Source: Actinomycetota bacterium (GTDB taxonomy: Bacteria > Actinomycetota > Acidimicrobiia > Acidimicrobiales > Microtrichaceae). From it: DNA of 57,093 nt. Within the stretch, counting starts at the first letter, position 1. The number at the start of each line of letters is the position of its first letter. The translations under genes and the position numbers were made by a program. The notes under the pieces are model-generated. The model saw only the letters and a program-made list of their open reading frames with translations. It had not been told where the DNA came from and did no database searches. Of this stretch, positions 52,700-57,093 are shown piece after piece. The stretch is from assembly GCA_963169245.1 (NCBI GenBank), contig CAUJEC010000055.1, positions 1-57,093 on the forward strand, written 5' to 3'.

Positions 52700-54793
52700 T
52701 CACACATCAAGTAGATCGCTGTCGAGCAGGTCGGAATTATCCAGTAGGTACTGGCGTCGACGAGAGACGTCGTTACCCATGAGTGTCTCGAAGAGCTTGC
52801 CGGCCTCGATCTCCTCCTTGGCGTCACTCATGGTGATCCGCCGCAGGATCCGGGTCCCCGGATCCAGACAGGTCTCGGCGAGTTCCTCGACGTCCATCTC
52901 GCCCAGACCCTTGAACCTGACCCATCCAATGTTCTCGGCCTTACGGTTTCCCTTGGTCAACTCGGCCGTGATGCGTTCGCGTTCGGCGTCGGAGAAGGCG
53001 TGAACGGTCTTATCGCCCACCTTTGCGGTGTACAGCGGTGGCTGAGCCGCGTAGATGCGTCCGTCCTCGAGCATCGGTCGCATGTAGTGATAGAAGAGCG
53101 TGAGCAGCAGGCAACGGATGTGGGAGCCGTCGACATCTGCGTCACAGAGAATGATGATTCGACCGTAACGGCTCTGATCCAGGTCGAAATCAGCTCCGGA
53201 ACCTGCGCCCACAGCAGTGAAGAGGGCCTGAGCCTCGGCGTTCTCGATGACCTGTTTGAGAGTCGATTTGCCGGCGTTTACGACCTTGCCGCGAAGAGGG
53301 AGCACCGCCATGTTCTCGGAATTGCGCCCGGCCTTGGCCGGTCCGGCGGCCGAGTCGCCCTCCACGATAAGCAGTTCGGAGTTGATCCCGTGCCTGCGAC
53401 AATCCGCGAGCTTGTCGGGCATCCCGGCAGAGGAGAGATTGGCGGCCTTGCGTTTGGCATCCTGGGTCGCCTTGGTGGTCACACGGGTCAGGACCGCTTG
53501 GGCGACCTTGTCCCGGAGAGCGCTGATGTTGGACTTCTTGCCGCCACCGTCGATCCAGTTGGTGAAGTTGTCCCGGACGACCTCGTAGACGATGGACTGC
53601 ACCGCTGGCGTTCCGAGTTCCTGTTTGGTCTGGCCCTTGAACTGAGGTTCGGGCAGGGTCACCTTCACTGCGGCGACGAGGCCCTCTTGGACATCGCCCT
53701 TCTCGGCGCGGTCCTTGCCGGATTTAGCGAGCTTGGCGAGCTTCTTGGTGCCACTCAGTAGGACGTCGTTGGCGACCTTGGTCATGGCACGTTCGAAACC
53801 GGCGATATGGGTGCCGCCCTCGGTGGTGGGGATGGTGTTGACGAAACTCGATATGACCGTGTCGTAACCCTTGACCCAGCGCATGGCGATGTCGACCGTG
53901 CAGGTGCGCTGAACCAGTGTCATCTTGCCCTCGACGGGGACACGCTCCTCGAACGCGCCGGTCCCGTGGAGTGTGATCACATCGGTCACGAACTCTCCGA
54001 TCGACAGAGTCTCGACCAGGTCGGCGAGGCCGCCCTTGGCGACGAACTCCTCAGGCTCGCGTGGCGTGGACCCCCGCTTATCGCTCAGGCGGACCTTGAG
54101 TCCCGGCACCAGGAAACAGACCTGGGCGCAGTGGTCACGAACAAGTTCGTACTCGACAGACAGGCCCGGATCGAAGACGTCCATGTCCGGCCAGAACCGG
54201 ACCCGCGTGCCAGTCCGTTTGGCTGGAACTTTGCGAACGATCTCGAGTGCAGAGCCCGGCTTGAACACGCCCTTGGCGTCGTAGCGGCCGGGAAGTTGAT
54301 GCTCGAAGCTGAGCCTGTGGGTCGCAGCGTCTCGGTCGACCTCGACGACAACCTTCGAGGCGAGCGCGTTCACGACGGATGCCCCGACTCCGTGCAGACC
54401 CCCAGAGGCCGAGTATGCGTTGCTGTTGAACTTGCCGCCGGCGTGCAACTCGGTGAAGACAACCTCGAGGGCGGTGCGTTTGCCGTCCTTCTTGTCGATT
54501 GGGATTCCGCGTCCGTTGTCGGCCACTTCGACTGAACCGTCGCGGTGAAGCGTCACCTCGATCAGGTTCGCGAAACCAGCGGCCGCCTCGTCGACGGAGT
54601 TGTCGATAAGTTCCCAGATCAGATGGTGCAGGCCTTCCGGGCCAGTGCCACCGATGTACATGCCGGGGCGTTTTCTGACTGCTTCGAGGCCTTTGAGCAA
54701 CTGGATGCTTTTGGCGTCATACGCGGTCGGGTTCTGTTTCTCAGCCCGTGGGGCCTTCGAGGTGGGATTTGTTGGGTTGGTGTTGGAGGGCAT
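52700..54793 (-). CDS. parE: type IIA DNA topoisomerase subunit B (topoisomerase IV ParE-like)
   Basis: GLEAVRKRPGMYIGG, GHKL ATPase motifs, Toprim EGDSAAG, 697 aa. Subunit A lies upstream, the opposite of the canonical gyrB-gyrA order. Confidence 0.88.
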   Translation of the reverse strand: MPSNTNPTNPTSKAPRAEKQNPTAYDAKSIQLLKGLEAVRKRPGMYIGGTGPEGLHHLIWELIDNSVDEAAAGFANLIEVTLHRDGSVEVADNGRGIPIDKKDGKRTALEVVFTELHAGGKFNSNAYSASGGLHGVGASVVNALASKVVVEVDRDAATHRLSFEHQLPGRYDAKGVFKPGSALEIVRKVPAKRTGTRVRFWPDMDVFDPGLSVEYELVRDHCAQVCFLVPGLKVRLSDKRGSTPREPEEFVAKGGLADLVETLSIGEFVTDVITLHGTGAFEERVPVEGKMTLVQRTCTVDIAMRWVKGYDTVISSFVNTIPTTEGGTHIAGFERAMTKVANDVLLSGTKKLAKLAKSGKDRAEKGDVQEGLVAAVKVTLPEPQFKGQTKQELGTPAVQSIVYEVVRDNFTNWIDGGGKKSNISALRDKVAQAVLTRVTTKATQDAKRKAANLSSAGMPDKLADCRRHGINSELLIVEGDSAAGPAKAGRNSENMAVLPLRGKVVNAGKSTLKQVIENAEAQALFTAVGAGSGADFDLDQSRYGRIIILCDADVDGSHIRCLLLTLFYHYMRPMLEDGRIYAAQPPLYTAKVGDKTVHAFSDAERERITAELTKGNRKAENIGWVRFKGLGEMDVEELAETCLDPGTRILRRITMSDAKEEIEAGKLFETLMGNDVSRRRQYLLDNSDLLDSDLLDV

Positions 54794-54896
54794 CTGTCTG
54801 TGTCGTCAGGAGGCTGTTTGTCGCAGGGGGACTGTGTCGTCGGAGGGTCTGTGATGTCGGGAGACTGTGGTTGTGAGCGGTCCGGTGTCGTGGCAG
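54794..54896. repeat. about six degenerate 16-20-nt tandem repeats filling the parC-parE spacer
   Basis: Plus-strand units resemble CTGTGTCGTCGGAGG, at 54794-54813, 54814-54830, 54831-54847, 54848-54863, 54864-54880 and 54881-54896. Confidence 0.7.
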
Positions 54897-54912
54897 TGAG
54901 CAGCAGGCCGCC

Positions 54913-57093
54913 TCACCAGCGGCCGAAGCCGATTGCGAGCATTCGCCTGCGGGTCTTCTTGGAGACCAGATCACGGGCCGTGTGAGGAACTGTGAGTGGT
55001 TCGGGCGATGGGTCGGGCTTGGAGGGCGCGTCGAGCGTGCCGACCACGACGAGCAGTCCCTCGGCCGGGCCGACATAGGCCCATTCGATACGGCGTTCTG
55101 TGCGGAACTTCGTTATCCGAAGGCCAGCAGTCGCTCGCCCCTTGGTGGGGATCTCGCTGGCATCGGTGACCTTTGCGGTCTGCGCGTCGCTGACTGTCAG
55201 GCAGATCGAGTCGCCGTCGACGACACCGGCGCCGACGACCGTTGCGCCGTCTGCGAGCTTCATGCCAGCGACACCACCAGCGGCGCGTCCCTGTACGGAC
55301 ACTCCTGAGGCCTCGGTGCGCATCGCCTGGGCGTTGGAGGCGACCACCATTACATCGCTGCCGTCCGGCGCGGTGAACGCAGCAGCGATGGTGTCACCCT
55401 GCTTGAGTTTCATGACAGACTTTCCATTGGGTGTTGCCGTGATCTCGGTGATGTCCAACCGTTTCATCACGCCCTGTGCGGTGACGAGCATCAGTGGTGG
55501 CGCAGTGTCGTCAGTCGATGGGGCCGCGGTGACGAGGGTTCTGATCGTCTCCCCGCGGTCGAGGGCGAAGACGTCACCAAGGTTGGATCCTCGACTCCGG
55601 CCCGTCACCTCGCCGATGGACATCACCGTTGCCGCCAGCACTCGTCCACGGTTGGTCAGTGCCCAGACCGTTTCGCCAGTAGTGGTCGCCACCCTCTGGA
55701 CTAGCACGTCATGGCGGCCGAACGCAGCCTTCTTGGCGCCATGGACCGGCTCGCGGCCGATGAGCCCCGACTGCGTGAGCGTGACCGCTGCCGGTTCATC
55801 GACTCTGCTGGCCGCGAGTTCGGAGTGGACCTCGGCCATCGTGATGTCATTCAGATCGTCGGGCGAGACGATCTTTGAGCGTCGCGGACCGGCGAACTCC
55901 TTGACGAGCCCTTCGAGTTCCTTCAACACGATGGTTCGCTGGCGCTGCTCCGACGCCAGGATCTTTTCGTAATCGGCGATATCAGATCGCAGTTCCGCGG
56001 CCTCGCGTTCGAGTTCGAGCTTGGCCAGAGCGGTCAGGCGTCGAAGCTGCATGTCAAGAATGTGGACTGCCTGGACCTCACTCAGGTTCAGTTCGGCCAT
56101 GAGCCGTTGGCGTGCTTCGGCGGCGTCGTGTGAGGAGCGGATGATCGACACGACCAGATCGATGGCGTCGAGAGCGATGAGAAGTCCGTCGAGGAGATGT
56201 AGACGCCGGCGGGCCTTGTCGAGTCGGAACTGGGTACGCCTGCGCACCACCTCGAGGCGATGTTCGATGAAGTGATGGCACAGGTCATAGAGCCCGACGG
56301 TCGTCGGCTTTCCGTTGACGAGGACGACGTTGTTGACCCCGAAGCTCTCCTCCAGCGGGGTCTGGCGGTACAACTCGGTCAGCACGGCCGCGGCATTGGC
56401 GTTTGGTCGCAGTTCGATCTCGATGCGAAGACCGGTCTTGCGATCGGAGAGATCCTTGATGTCGCTCACCATCGGGAGCTTGTCCGACCGCATCAACTCC
56501 CGAACCTTGGCGATAACACGCTCGGGGCCCACCAGATAGGGGAGTTCGGTGACCACGAGACCATCCCTGACCTTGGTCAGACGTACGATCTCCACCTTTG
56601 CTCGAATCCTGAAACTGCCGCGGCCGCTCTCGTAGGCCTCGGCGATGCTGTCGTCGACGATGATCCCACCGGAGGGGAAATCAGGGCCTGGGATGACCTC
56701 CATGAGCTCAGCCGTCGTCGGCCTGGGTCTGCGCTTGGTCATGACGAGCCTGATCGCCTCGAAGACCTCTGAGAGGTTGTGGCCGGGCATGTTCGTGGCC
56801 ATGCCGACGGCGATTCCAGATGTCCCGTTGACAAGAAGATTGGGGAGGGCCGCCGGTAGACAGATCGGCTCCTCGTTCTCCCCATCGAAGGTGGCCCGCA
56901 TATCGACGGTGTCCTCATCGATCTCTGCGAGCATCGCCATTGCGGCCGGACTCAACCGGCACTCTGTGTAGCGGTATGCGGCAGGTGGGTCATCGAGACT
57001 GCCGAAGTTGCCGTGTGGGTCGATGAGCGGAATATTGCGACTGAAGCTCTGACCCATCTTGGTCAGAGCGTCGTAGATGGAGCCATCCCCGTG
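54913..57093 (-). CDS. parC: type IIA DNA topoisomerase subunit A (ParC-like); 5' end outside the window
   Basis: PLIDPHGNFGS and winged-helix/tower segments, with a beta-pinwheel CTD. I see no GyrA-box (QRRGGKG) at the CTD start. The frame is open to the window edge. Confidence 0.88.
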   Translation of the reverse strand, partial: HGDGSIYDALTKMGQSFSRNIPLIDPHGNFGSLDDPPAAYRYTECRLSPAAMAMLAEIDEDTVDMRATFDGENEEPICLPAALPNLLVNGTSGIAVGMATNMPGHNLSEVFEAIRLVMTKRRPRPTTAELMEVIPGPDFPSGGIIVDDSIAEAYESGRGSFRIRAKVEIVRLTKVRDGLVVTELPYLVGPERVIAKVRELMRSDKLPMVSDIKDLSDRKTGLRIEIELRPNANAAAVLTELYRQTPLEESFGVNNVVLVNGKPTTVGLYDLCHHFIEHRLEVVRRRTQFRLDKARRRLHLLDGLLIALDAIDLVVSIIRSSHDAAEARQRLMAELNLSEVQAVHILDMQLRRLTALAKLELEREAAELRSDIADYEKILASEQRQRTIVLKELEGLVKEFAGPRRSKIVSPDDLNDITMAEVHSELAASRVDEPAAVTLTQSGLIGREPVHGAKKAAFGRHDVLVQRVATTTGETVWALTNRGRVLAATVMSIGEVTGRSRGSNLGDVFALDRGETIRTLVTAAPSTDDTAPPLMLVTAQGVMKRLDITEITATPNGKSVMKLKQGDTIAAAFTAPDGSDVMVVASNAQAMRTEASGVSVQGRAAGGVAGMKLADGATVVGAGVVDGDSICLTVSDAQTAKVTDASEIPTKGRATAGLRITKFRTERRIEWAYVGPAEGLLVVVGTLDAPSKPDPSPEPLTVPHTARDLVSKKTRRRMLAIGFGRW

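Overview
High-GC, Actinobacteriota-like chromosomal segment, about 90% coding. I found no rRNA, tRNA, CRISPR array, transposase or integrase. Genes recognised by motif: cysE-cysK, a pncB-pncA-nrtR NAD-salvage operon, otsB/otsA plus glycerate kinase plus gpgS, hemQ, a hemE-hemH-hemY block, plsC, HelD-like ATPase, DtxR/IdeR-family repressor, Lhr helicase, a MacB-type ABC pair, an envelope-glycan locus (GT2, GT39-like, two acyltransferase-3 paralogues) and a parC/parE-type topoisomerase pair. The best novelty candidate is the central minus-strand chain (24.9-33.6 kb). There the heme genes run by overlapping start/stop codons into an Lnt-like N-acyltransferase whose catalytic Cys position reads Ser. 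This is followed by an uncharacterised trio: a GT4 glycosyltransferase, a SAM-methyltransferase with a histone-like Lys/Ala tail, and a QW-repeat terpenoid-cyclase-fold protein. Other notable items are a 6C-like sRNA with three C-rich loops, a Met-containing repeat uORF overlapping the cysE start, an orphan 51-aa ORF with its own strong terminator, a hipBA module beside a DUF234-type ATPase, and unusually many short tandem repeats, some spanning stop codons. All calls rest on reading the sequence and recalling family motifs; no searches were run. Start codons are often uncertain by tens of nt.
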